From contig OZ025784.1 of assembly GCA_964019425.1 (NCBI GenBank), positions 62,001-126,000 on the forward strand: a DNA stretch of 64,000 nucleotides, in the 5' to 3' direction. This document shows, piece after piece, positions 34,828-45,051 of the stretch; positions within the stretch are counted from its first letter, which is position 1; each line of letters opens with the position of its first letter. The DNA is from Flectonema sp. DT1601. Taxonomy: Eukaryota. Both the position numbers and the translations under genes were made by a program. The notes beneath the pieces were generated by a model that did not search any database, was not told the DNA's origin, and was given only the letters and a program-made list of their open reading frames with translations.

Positions 34828-37539
34828 TTACGCTACTTTTTTTTCATGGAGGACGTTAGCTATTTCAACCACGGCATTAGTTGCTACGTGAATGGGATTG
34901 ATATTATGCCTAACAGACGATTGGATTATCGAGTCACTCCAACTACAATTAAAACCAAACAAAACATAAAGAGATGTCTCACAAAGAGGTAGATTACCTG
35001 ACTTTGTCAGAGCATCAAGAAGTGTCAAAGCAGACTCTTTGTGTGATTTTACATCATTTGACTTAAGAATCTTCGGAGGAGATGCAGCAGATAAAATAGA
35101 TTTGTACTCACACTTCTTCCAACCCGATGGATTTGGAGTAATTGTTACAGGTCGTAGTTGAGAACAAGGAGCTTTACCAACTTCAAGAAATCGATTCTCA
35201 AGCTGAGTTGGTATTAAAGAATAATCCCACGTCGTGGAACTACTGACAATACTATGAATACCGACAGTAGTGTTATTTGTAGTTGACTCTGATTCTTGTT
35301 CTTGGATCACTTCAGGAGCTGGTTCCGGAAGAGGCATCTCCGGTTCCGGAGTGGGCTTCTCTGGTTCCGAAGGTTTCGGAGGGGGAATCTCTAGTTTTGG
35401 AGCCTCATCCTTCTTCTTGACAGAGATTCCTGAATTACTCGCGATTGGTGCGGCAGACATGGCAACTTTTCTTTTTCTGAGCTTCTGTGGTCCAGAAGAC
35501 TTCGAAGAACGGCTGAAAAACCCTCCTCCTCCTCCGCTTCTACATTTCGCTGGAGCAAGACACATTGATCCCGAAGATACGAAATTCGCAGACCACGTTG
35601 TCTTTATATAAGATTCTCTCCATTGTTTACGAGTTTCAAGATCAACTGCCGCCAGTCGTAGTTTTTCTAAATTTTTACTTCTCGCAATGTCCTTCAATTC
35701 ATCTTCCTTTTCAAGTTGTATTAATCGATTGATTCTTTCGTAGTTAGAACGGACTTGTTCAATCGGAGGAATACTTGACTCTGAATTCGCACACAAGAAA
35801 TCAGCAGAAACCTGACGTGTAATCATACAGCTGAGGATATCTTGAGAAAAATCAATTTCCTTCGTTAAAGCTCCCTGAGGTAGATTTAATACCGATTCCA
35901 ACTGTGGTTTGATGTGAATAACACCAACAGTAAATAACGTACCCTCAAGCTGCATACTCCTATAAGCATTTGCAAACCGCTGCTGTTCAGGAGAGAGACT
36001 TGATATAGCTTCTTGGAATTCTTCAGCTGACGGAATTTCTGTAAACGATAACGGGATTGAAAATGATTCTCTATTCCTAACAATTAGTGCATGTGATACA
36101 ATGACTTCTCCAACACCACTTAGTTTTCCAAGAATGACAACATAAGATGATATCTGATTACTTGATAGTGAAAGTACTTTATTCGAATTCGAATTTTTTA
36201 TAACATTTGAAACAAACCCGTTAACAAGAATCTGTCCATCACACACAACCTTTGCTGTTGCTGAAAGACTAAACGACCATGATTGCTTAGCACGCTCAAT
36301 AGTTCTACAAACTGTGTGGAGAGTCTTTCCAGTATCAAAGTCTATTATCTCAAGCATTCCTTCAGGATGTGAATGCAACGATCTGATAGGAAACATCAAT
36401 GCTTTCAGATGATGCTTTTTATCGTTTAGTATATTCTTATTAAGATACCAGCAGATAGCAGAGTCTAACTCTGAGGGAGTTATCTCACCAGACACGATGT
36501 GAGAAATCACAGCAAGAGTCATTCCCTCCAAGTACTTAATACTACACTTCACTCCTTCTGATAAGAATGTTATCATCCTCGCAGACGCCACTATCGTGGC
36601 TTCTTTCATCTGAACAAGCCCAACCGTAACGTTGTCCGCAGCTGCGAAATTTGATATTTGATTTTGTAAGGATTGTTTAAAAGATGTTAATATCAAATCA
36701 CTATCTGTACCATTCAAATTAACCAAAGGCAAGACAGGTAAACCAGTCTCTATATCACTTAGGACATCACTCGGTAACACAACTAAGGATGTGGCAGTGT
36801 TGGGATGAAGATCGTTGATGTCGGAAAAAAACAAATCAACTGAATGAAAAAATGCAACCAACTTGTCAAGTGCGATTAACATTTTAGAGACTTCTTCATT
36901 GTTAGTTGGAGTAAAACAGAATGGTGAGTTTTTATTTATTGTAAAGTTTGATGGAATTTGAGAGATACTTCGACCAAACCATGTTATGTCTACTTCAAGA
37001 GTCTGATGAATAGTGTTTCGTGAACGAGGATTTAAATCAGTTGTCGTCTCCAACGTTGCCGTACCAGAACCAGACCAAACCTGAATAGGTTCTTCATTAC
37101 TGTTGCTACCAGTTGATAAATATGCTCTGTGACTGTATTTATAATTCCATTTCCAATATTCAGAAACTTTTACTTTACTTACAACAAAGTTTAGTAACCT
37201 CTCAACATTTCCGGTTGATTTTTGTATTTCCGTACTTTTTTCAACTTTTTCTTTAAAACTGCACTCCTCTTCACTCTTAAGTGTAAGATATATTTTTCCG
37301 TTGGGTTTTTTCTTATACAACTCTGTGATGCATTCTGATCCTATACCTATGAGATTAAGCGTCTCAGCTACACAGGCGATCATCGAGTCGATTAAAGTTT
37401 CAACACAACTGAACTTGTCACTGTATTCACAAGATTGACTAATGCTACACACTTGTGTGTCCAATCCGAGTAGCTTTTGAGACACGGCAGTTATTCTTGA
37501 TAACTTTATCTTTAACTGCTCATATTCAGGTAGTGACAT
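34828..37539 (-). CDS. Uncharacterised conserved protist-type protein, 903 aa
   Basis: Long intact ORF. Blocks LSPEQQRFANAYRSMQLEGTLF...IKPQLE and LLDALTKSG...NINPI look like a conserved family of unknown function (from memory, unverified). Confidence 0.8.
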   Translation of the reverse strand: MSLPEYEQLKIKLSRITAVSQKLLGLDTQVCSISQSCEYSDKFSCVETLIDSMIACVAETLNLIGIGSECITELYKKKPNGKIYLTLKSEEECSFKEKVEKSTEIQKSTGNVERLLNFVVSKVKVSEYWKWNYKYSHRAYLSTGSNSNEEPIQVWSGSGTATLETTTDLNPRSRNTIHQTLEVDITWFGRSISQIPSNFTINKNSPFCFTPTNNEEVSKMLIALDKLVAFFHSVDLFFSDINDLHPNTATSLVVLPSDVLSDIETGLPVLPLVNLNGTDSDLILTSFKQSLQNQISNFAAADNVTVGLVQMKEATIVASARMITFLSEGVKCSIKYLEGMTLAVISHIVSGEITPSELDSAICWYLNKNILNDKKHHLKALMFPIRSLHSHPEGMLEIIDFDTGKTLHTVCRTIERAKQSWSFSLSATAKVVCDGQILVNGFVSNVIKNSNSNKVLSLSSNQISSYVVILGKLSGVGEVIVSHALIVRNRESFSIPLSFTEIPSAEEFQEAISSLSPEQQRFANAYRSMQLEGTLFTVGVIHIKPQLESVLNLPQGALTKEIDFSQDILSCMITRQVSADFLCANSESSIPPIEQVRSNYERINRLIQLEKEDELKDIARSKNLEKLRLAAVDLETRKQWRESYIKTTWSANFVSSGSMCLAPAKCRSGGGGGFFSRSSKSSGPQKLRKRKVAMSAAPIASNSGISVKKKDEAPKLEIPPPKPSEPEKPTPEPEMPLPEPAPEVIQEQESESTTNNTTVGIHSIVSSSTTWDYSLIPTQLENRFLEVGKAPCSQLRPVTITPNPSGWKKCEYKSILSAASPPKILKSNDVKSHKESALTLLDALTKSGNLPLCETSLYVLFGFNCSWSDSIIQSSVRHNINPIHVATNAVVEIANVLHEKKVA

Positions 37540-37921
37540 ATTTTTCTTTTATTCGATCGACTACCTAATAGAAAAAGTGATTGGAAACCACGACAGATAT
37601 TTTTTTATGGTGCGTGTTTGCCTGAGAAATTGGAAAAAAGGTTTTGTTTTTATTCCCTTTAGACTTTCGCAAAAGATAAAACACAGTATCACAGGACCTT
37701 TTACCGAACCAAAAAAAAAAATAACGCACTAAAAATTAAATTATCTTGTGTAGTATTTCTTCCTTCTTCTTTTTCTTTCGATTGAGAAGAACAACTTGTT
37801 GCTGTGCTCGGAATGAACATCGCTCAAAATTATCGGAAAAAACTGTTTTTTGACAACTACTCTGAATACGGTTGTCAGTCTGTTGAATAGAATACGTCTG
37901 TTAGGCATACGATCAATATAA

Positions 37922-38227
37922 TTAAGGAAGCTGCAAGCGTTGCTTCATTTTCGCCTTCACTTTTCTTTGCTCACTACAAGTAGTACAAATACGCTGAGGA
38001 ACGCTGTATCCCATCTCCGGAATGTCTTCTTTATGTTTAACGTGCTCTTTACAGAATATATATCCACAGTTCCTGCAATGGTGTTTTCGGTTCCTCCATC
38101 CAAAACGCAACCCGCAACCCGCTTCTCCACAACTAATCCAATCCTCATCACTCTGCCAGAATGGCCTGCTATGAATTATCTGCTCTGATGGAGAATCAGA
38201 TATGTCTTTCACATCCTTCATTTTCAT
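37922..38227 (-). CDS. Small FYVE zinc-finger protein
   Basis: WQSD (WxxD), RKHHCRNCG and RICTTC motifs. Confidence 0.9.
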   Translation of the reverse strand: MKMKDVKDISDSPSEQIIHSRPFWQSDEDWISCGEAGCGLRFGWRNRKHHCRNCGYIFCKEHVKHKEDIPEMGYSVPQRICTTCSEQRKVKAKMKQRLQLP

Positions 38228-38489
38228 TTCCTAGGACTTGAATCAAAAGACTTAAACACTGACAATAACTCAGGGACACAATACTAAAAATCGTTGAAAT
38301 CGATACAAGATATAAGAACCTGTTAAGGTATCTGATCAGGAAATTTTTTGGAAGAGAAAAAATGAAAGGATCAGTAATTCTGGACAGCGACACAAGAAAT
38401 GAAAAATCGGCCCAAAACAGTTTTTTTTTTTGTTGAACAAGAGACATTACACACAATCAGATAAAATAAAAAACGCAAAAAAAAACAGA

Positions 38490-38562
38490 GCGAGGTTGGC
38501 GCAGTCGGTAGCGCGTAGGTCTCATAATCCTAAGGTCGTCAGTTCGATCCTGGCACCTCGCA
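38490..38562 (+). tRNA. tRNA-Met (CAT), elongator type
   Basis: Acceptor stem GCGAGGT/ACCTCGC; D arm with A box TGGCGCAGTCGG; anticodon loop CTCATAA with a T31-T39 pair; T arm GTCAG-TTCGATC-CTGGC; 73 nt. Confidence 0.95.
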
Positions 38563-38568
38563 TTTTTT
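38563..38568 (+). terminator. Pol III oligo-T terminator
   Basis: TTTTTT immediately after the tRNA discriminator base. Confidence 0.8.
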
Positions 38569-38829
38569 CCTGAACAAAAAATGGATAATAATTTTCCTTA
38601 ACTGTAACAAAACAAAACACTTCTTACTGATACTTACGTAATGTTTTTTCTTTCTCGGTGATTTTGAACAGAAAGGTCCCACTGTTGCAGGATATGTTTG
38701 ATTAGGAACAAATGAGGAAATGGATCGGGGTGGTGCAGGGCTGTGCAGGACTTCTAGTATTTTCTGAAGTGAATTTTTCTTCACTGGTTGAAGCACAAGT
38801 CTAGACTGAAATTCAGCGTGATAGTCAGT

Positions 38830-39369
38830 CTAACTGTCGAGAAGCAGAGCAGCAATCTGATCTTCGTTCAGGCGCATCACTTGCTCTCCTGAAATTGTGA
38901 CACGGAATGCCTCTGGATCTGGTCCAGTAGCATGCAGGATGAGCTGGAGATTGTCACTTGCGTGGAAGCGCATGCACTGCATAACAGCCTGTGGGGATTC
39001 TGTGGTGAGGCTGCAGATGCTGATGGTCTTGGATGTTTTTGAGCCTGGTTGTGTGTATTTCACGGCGACGCATGCGTACCCTCCTTCTCCGGCTGTCAGA
39101 CACAAGTTATTAAGAAAAATATCCATATCGATACCACTAGATGTGTCCACAATAACTGGTTTCCCGTGAGTCAACACTGCCTGCCAGCTCATGGCAACAG
39201 TCTCTACCTCTCCGGTCTTCTCAACAAGAGCGATTCCAGCTTCAGCTTCCTGCTCTTGCTTTCTCTTCAATTCCTTCTCCAGGTCTCCTCTTTCTGCCTT
39301 ACCTAGCCACTGACTTCTTTCGTCACCTACTGACTTGCCTCCTTCTCCTCTTTGCCTCCGCTTTCCCAT
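38830..39369 (-). CDS. Nucleoplasmin-like (NPL) domain protein
   Basis: Basic N-terminus, then a beta-rich domain WQAVLTHGKP...FLNNLCL...ICSL...RVTISG resembling FKBP/HD2-type NPL domains. Confidence 0.6.
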   Translation of the reverse strand: MGKRRQRGEGGKSVGDERSQWLGKAERGDLEKELKRKQEQEAEAGIALVEKTGEVETVAMSWQAVLTHGKPVIVDTSSGIDMDIFLNNLCLTAGEGGYACVAVKYTQPGSKTSKTISICSLTTESPQAVMQCMRFHASDNLQLILHATGPDPEAFRVTISGEQVMRLNEDQIAALLLDS

Positions 39370-39582
39370 TTTGTTTTTTTATTTCTGGTCCAAGAAAAAA
39401 TTAGAAAACATATGTTCATGTGCTCTGAGAACAATATTACCATTGTTGTCTGTATGAGGAAAATGTCTTGCTGTTTACCAATTAAAACAAACAGTTAAAT
39501 AAATAGAATTGGTGACCTGTGAAGGAGAACAATCATGTTGTGTAAATTAGAAATTCAATACGAGCCTTAGAGTGTCAGTCTG

Positions 39583-42500
39583 CTACAATTCAACCTCATT
39601 ACTTTGAGGGCTAGCAGAGCTTGACAACAATGAATGAAAAAGAGGAGAAGCATCGAGAGGTGTCAGAAGTGGAGTAGACAGAGAAGCTATCGAAACCGAT
39701 TGATTCTGCTGCTGTTGACGAAATATTAAAGTTGGAGATGCTAAGCGAGTAGTTGAGACTGTCCTTGACAGAGGAATCATTTGTTCTTCAACAGGAACGG
39801 TAACACGTCTTTCACTTGCATGAAGATCGTCTCCTTTCTCCAGGGAAAACGCATCTAACTTTTCAGGTTTTGCAGGTCTTTTGTGAGATCGGTGTAAGGC
39901 AGGAGGCACAGGAGGATGAAGAGGATGCCATCGCTCTTGGTCACCATCACCTCCCCGACCGATGTCACGAAGAAACGGGCGCAGCAACAGATCCCGCAAT
40001 CTTCTAATTCGCAAAATAAACCTGTACCACTTTTGGATAAAAACGCAAGCAAAGTAGTCATTTACTGTGTAGCGATACCAACGTAGTCGGGTTACAGGCA
40101 TTTTTAACTCTGGCAGGAGGGAGTACCAGGTATATTCAAAGCTCCACCATTCTCGGCGAGAAGCGTCTTCCATGCTGGTGTTCTTACAAATGGTGTGGTA
40201 GGCAATCTCAAGTAGGATTGCTGTGAAGTGAACCTTCCCTCGATTGTCCAGAATCCGAAACTGTGAAAACACTTTGAAAATATCTCCAGACTTGTAATTT
40301 ATCGGAAGAGAAAAATCTGGAGCGAAACCATCAGACAGCCTCGTCATTTCAACCAAAATCCTGGGCAATTCATCAGTCGGTATCACAGTAGTGCTGCTGT
40401 AAAGTACTGACCAGGCTTCGTGAAATTTTCTAATCGCAGCCATTTCATCAGTGAGACCATCTAATTTTGACATAGCACGATAATTTTCAATCACAGTTGC
40501 AATAAAGAGAGTCACAAGTAGAATGTAACTAAAAGCCTTGAACGTAAAGAAGTACAATGGAGCAATAATAGGAAACCCACAACTATCTCCTTCACAATAA
40601 GGATGCGCTACCATACAGTTCACTAAAATATCTGACCACGTGTCGCCTGTTGCTACCCTGTACAGGGTTCTAGTAGCCATGTAAAGATTGTCGAAATTAG
40701 CATCTTTCGTCAACCCAATACCGTTTTTTTGAATTCCATCAAAGAGAGCAACCCCACCTAAGGCATACACAGCAAGAATTGTAACAAAGAAAAATGTATT
40801 GGCCCAAAGAGAGCTTAGGGATACTAACAATGTTTCGAATAACAGCTGAATTCCTCGTGTGCGTTTTACCAAACGAAGGAGTCGTTGAGCTTTTCTTAGT
40901 CTAAGAAAAGCTCTACAAACCCTCAATATGAATGGATTTATGGGAACTGAAGATGATCCCATCAACAGAAACAACAGTATTTCCGACACAGACGCCATCA
41001 CTAATAAAAAATCAAACCTATTCCAAGTGTCTTTGTAGTATGACAATCCAAGAGCGTTAACCTTCAATAGCGCTTCTAGTAAGAAAAGAATAGTGAAGAC
41101 ATAATCAAAGAAGACTAAGAACCAAGACAAAGACGCAGGCATTCCCTGATATTCCATAGCCATCAATACAACGTTTACTACTATGAGTAATCCTATTGTG
41201 TTGTCAAAGTATCTGTGATTGACAACTTTGTAACACCAAATTGCTAGTTTTGAATTTCTAGGACGAAGATGAACTGCAGGTTTTATCAAAAGAAGAAGCA
41301 GTTTCATTTGATAAAAAAAAGACAAAGATCTGTCAGAAAAGTAAGTAGTGTGTTCTAAATTACGACGGACAGAAAGATATGTAATTACAACTTCAGCAGT
41401 GACAATCGGCATCAAAAGAGAGTTCACAACAAACAGAAATGCTATTAAGAATATAGCAGCAGACACATTAGTGCAGTTGTTGAGGTATGACGCTGAATCA
41501 GAACAAGAAGAAGAGAAGATGTCGAATGCCTGTCTCCAGTTATCGAAAGTTGAAAGAGTGACTAAGTACCTAACAGCCCCACCAATATGATCAAAATGCT
41601 GTGGACTCTGAACCCACTCTCCCTTAACTGAATAACCGTCAGTTGATTCATTAACAACAACTGCATAAGGAACACCATAAGTCCACAATGATGTTTCATT
41701 TTTATCAACAAAATGAATTCCATAGCAGTCTTCTTTTCTAAGAATCATCGGTGCAGTGCATGTAAATAACTTTCCTCCGAGAATATCAACACCGGTCGTT
41801 CCAAAAGCAACAAAAACCAACGACAACACCACCAAGATAGTAGCAAGACCAGGTAGGCAAGCGACAAGTGCTTCTGCTGTGAGTCGAACAGATCTCCATC
41901 TTTTTACCAATCTCAGGGGTCTTACTGCTCGGAGTGATCGAAATATTCTAAACAGGTGTCCTTGTAGAGACTGAGTTATGTACGAAACCCAAACTGCGAT
42001 TAGAATAGTTAGGTCGAAAACATTCCATCCATGTTTCATGTATGTGTCCTCACCTAATATAAACCCACTTGCTATTGACTTCACCAGGAATTCTAATGTG
42101 AACACAGCAGTAATGCAGTAGTCTGCGATGAAAATTTTAACTTTATAAATATCCTCCAACCCAACAACCACACAGCTAAGCCACGACAGAATAACTGCAA
42201 CCTTCTCAAAACGGGGACTGCCAGCGACAGAAATACATATTCGACGGATTTCCCCATCAAATAAAAACCAAGACTTTCCATTAATATTCACCTTCGCAGT
42301 TTTTGATGCCATTTTTGATACAATCTTACGAGCTGCACTGTCAGCTGCGAATCCTAGGATGCATTGCGTGCCTCCACTTAAAGTGGCAGCGGCTTCGTTG
42401 CCTTGTCGATAAGCAGTTTTAATGGTATTCGCTCTGACTCGGGTGATGGTTTGATCGCCGACTGGGTGGAGTTTATATGTTAAGCCTTTCATGTATGCAT

Positions 42501-44466
42501 CGTATAGATCTGGAGCATTGAGATATTCTTCAGGAACCGCAACACTTCTGTGATCAACGAGACTCGTCCCAGCAGCAGTGTTATTACAATTTAAGATTTG
42601 ATTCATAGTTTCAGCTTCTCTGACGTTTCTACGTTTTCTACTTGCAGCACGTTTTCGATTTTGAGTTGGAAAATGTTGTTGTTGATTCATCAATTCATAA
42701 TAATCCATTATAACTGCTAAGAACAATCTTATCAAAACAATATCACCCATAAAGTGACATATTATAAAAGGAATACAAACAGCTTCATGAGTAGCAGCCA
42801 TCGCACTGTACATTATCCCTCCCCAACGATCTCCCGTTACTAGCTGCAGGGCAGTCAGCACTGAATTTTTAAATGAATAAAACGCATCCCTGTACGGAGG
42901 CATCATCCTCTCACCAAACACATGCATGCAAGTCAGCGCTAATATAAAAATGTATATCAGAACTAACAAAAACAGATATCCAGAGCGTCTGCAAACTGCA
43001 AGAGCTCCCTCAACTTGTCGTTTTATACTGTCAGAAGCTCTAAGGGCGCGGATGACTCTAACTAAGCGAAAGACTCTAAAGCATGTTAGTGTCCCAGTAC
43101 TCATTGGAAATACAGCAGAAAGACTAATGTCAATTAATGAAGACAATACAGAAATAAAATCAAGGACGTTAAACCCATCACGAAAATAAGTCCATCGCAT
43201 TATTGCTACTTTGTATCCAATTTCTAGGGAGAAGATGGCAGTCGTGGCGATGTTCACAATGGCAATAACCAAATCAAGAGCATTCTGCTGTCCATAGTGC
43301 TGCATGCACATGACTATAAAATTGACAATAATTATAAAAGGGACAACCATATTTGATATTTGCACAGCACGGTCTTCATTCTCATACTCTTCAAACATTT
43401 CATTCACTGCCTGCCGAGCTGAAGGACTAGTGTCATCATTTGAGTTTTTATGTCGAAGTCTTTTCTTAAGTCGTGTTACAGCAAACTCTTTTTGTTTTCG
43501 ATAGAAAGCATCACCAGCGAATTCCTGTAGAGCATCCTTTATAATTATGACGGTTAATGGTAAAATCACGTATGAGCATATCGTTACTAAGTTTATAAAA
43601 AAAGGAACGGCTAAAATACCGCTGGAATTCTCAGAGCGATACATCATTTCTGACCATCCAGTTAGAGTAACACATTGGACTACGAGGAGGAAAGCTGCTC
43701 CGAAATTATCAAATGACGCAAAACCGTAATATGGATTTCCAATGTCTGAACAAATAAATCCATTTTCAGCAGAACACGTATGCCCAGTCATAAAAAACGA
43801 CGTCGCATTATCCAACTGACATGAACCAGCTACAGATTCTACATTCCTATCTTCATCTAAGCAATTATATTTCCATTGACCTGACCAAAGCTGAACTCCC
43901 CAAATCCCATTTATCACCAATATAAATATTAATAGCAACCCAAGACTTGCTAAGTTCTTAAGTGAATGTATAGTCGCGAGGATCATTAATTTGAGTCCAG
44001 GCATGCGATCGATTACCAAGAGGGCTTTAAATACTCGAAGTACCCTAAAAGCAGAGACGTTCGCATCAAATATAAAGAAGGAAACGATATTCATAACTAC
44101 GATTGAGAAATCAACAACATTCCACCACGATCGAAGATAAGCATTCTTAGAAACAATTAATCCTTGAGAAGCCATTTTCAACATCATCTCTACTGCGAAT
44201 ATTAACGTAAAAGCAACCTCAAACTTTGATAAGTTGTCGATGTCATTTCCAGGTTCATCCAATGCAAGTGTGACACAGTTTGCGAGAATTACAATTCCCG
44301 TTGCTAATTCCGTGTATGGACTGTTTATAACTGTTCTTACTGTAGATGTTATCTTTCCAGCGTCTTCAGATACCGATGAAGAAGCGGTACTCGCACTGCG
44401 AATCTCATCATCGGAAAAATCCCTGTAGTCATCGTACCATGATTCTTCATCATCGTCACGGTCCAT
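39583..44466 (-). CDS. Four-domain voltage-gated cation (Cav/Nav-like) channel alpha subunit
   Basis: Four 6-TM repeats with Arg-rich S4 segments (FRVLRVFK, FRVFRLVRVIRALR, FRSLRAVRPLRLVKR, LRVCRAFLRLRK), four pore loops and an IQ motif (FIQKWYR). Confidence 0.95.
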   Translation of the reverse strand: MDRDDDEESWYDDYRDFSDDEIRSASTASSSVSEDAGKITSTVRTVINSPYTELATGIVILANCVTLALDEPGNDIDNLSKFEVAFTLIFAVEMMLKMASQGLIVSKNAYLRSWWNVVDFSIVVMNIVSFFIFDANVSAFRVLRVFKALLVIDRMPGLKLMILATIHSLKNLASLGLLLIFILVINGIWGVQLWSGQWKYNCLDEDRNVESVAGSCQLDNATSFFMTGHTCSAENGFICSDIGNPYYGFASFDNFGAAFLLVVQCVTLTGWSEMMYRSENSSGILAVPFFINLVTICSYVILPLTVIIIKDALQEFAGDAFYRKQKEFAVTRLKKRLRHKNSNDDTSPSARQAVNEMFEEYENEDRAVQISNMVVPFIIIVNFIVMCMQHYGQQNALDLVIAIVNIATTAIFSLEIGYKVAIMRWTYFRDGFNVLDFISVLSSLIDISLSAVFPMSTGTLTCFRVFRLVRVIRALRASDSIKRQVEGALAVCRRSGYLFLLVLIYIFILALTCMHVFGERMMPPYRDAFYSFKNSVLTALQLVTGDRWGGIMYSAMAATHEAVCIPFIICHFMGDIVLIRLFLAVIMDYYELMNQQQHFPTQNRKRAASRKRRNVREAETMNQILNCNNTAAGTSLVDHRSVAVPEEYLNAPDLYDAYMKGLTYKLHPVGDQTITRVRANTIKTAYRQGNEAAATLSGGTQCILGFAADSAARKIVSKMASKTAKVNINGKSWFLFDGEIRRICISVAGSPRFEKVAVILSWLSCVVVGLEDIYKVKIFIADYCITAVFTLEFLVKSIASGFILGEDTYMKHGWNVFDLTILIAVWVSYITQSLQGHLFRIFRSLRAVRPLRLVKRWRSVRLTAEALVACLPGLATILVVLSLVFVAFGTTGVDILGGKLFTCTAPMILRKEDCYGIHFVDKNETSLWTYGVPYAVVVNESTDGYSVKGEWVQSPQHFDHIGGAVRYLVTLSTFDNWRQAFDIFSSSCSDSASYLNNCTNVSAAIFLIAFLFVVNSLLMPIVTAEVVITYLSVRRNLEHTTYFSDRSLSFFYQMKLLLLLIKPAVHLRPRNSKLAIWCYKVVNHRYFDNTIGLLIVVNVVLMAMEYQGMPASLSWFLVFFDYVFTILFLLEALLKVNALGLSYYKDTWNRFDFLLVMASVSEILLFLLMGSSSVPINPFILRVCRAFLRLRKAQRLLRLVKRTRGIQLLFETLLVSLSSLWANTFFFVTILAVYALGGVALFDGIQKNGIGLTKDANFDNLYMATRTLYRVATGDTWSDILVNCMVAHPYCEGDSCGFPIIAPLYFFTFKAFSYILLVTLFIATVIENYRAMSKLDGLTDEMAAIRKFHEAWSVLYSSTTVIPTDELPRILVEMTRLSDGFAPDFSLPINYKSGDIFKVFSQFRILDNRGKVHFTAILLEIAYHTICKNTSMEDASRREWWSFEYTWYSLLPELKMPVTRLRWYRYTVNDYFACVFIQKWYRFILRIRRLRDLLLRPFLRDIGRGGDGDQERWHPLHPPVPPALHRSHKRPAKPEKLDAFSLEKGDDLHASERRVTVPVEEQMIPLSRTVSTTRLASPTLIFRQQQQNQSVSIASLSTPLLTPLDASPLFHSLLSSSASPQSNEVEL

Positions 44467-45051
44467 GTTTATCTATTGGTTTTAGCATGCTACAACTAGA
44501 GGAAAAATAAGTCAAAAAAAAAAATCAAGCGTCGGTTCGATCCCCCGTCGGATCACAATTTTTTTTGAATCTAATTTACAAGAATCCAAGTTGAAAAAAC
44601 TTGTAATATATTGTAGTTGGTGCTCAGCTTTTCTGCTACTTTAATTTATTGCAATTTATAACTAATTGCCTGATTGGGGAGAAAAAAAGAAAAGAAAAAA
44701 AAAAAGAAAAAAAGAAAAAAAAGACTCACTCAACAAGTTAGTTACCAAAGTTTTACTTCAACTGCTTCGGCGGCCCTCCATTGAAATTCTAGTGAACTGT
44801 GAACCCTGTTGCAGGAAGCGCAAACAACCAACTCTTTTTTTTTTTGTAAGAATCTAGAAGTTTTCCTGTGTTGAGAAATACCATTCAAACAGAAAAAAAA
44901 AAAAAACGATTTTGTCATTCTACTTCGGAAGGACTAAACAGACAAGATTACAATAATAAGAAGGCAAGAGATACAGGAACTCGAATTGGAGTCAGCAAAT
45001 TTAAAAAAATATCTTCACTAAATTAACTGCCAATAACTAAAATTTAAAACA

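Noticed and set aside
38539..38796. 85-aa ORF, or an exon with a GTAAGT donor that would place the tRNA in an intron
   Set aside because: No ATG, no recognisable domain, and no in-frame partner exon identified.
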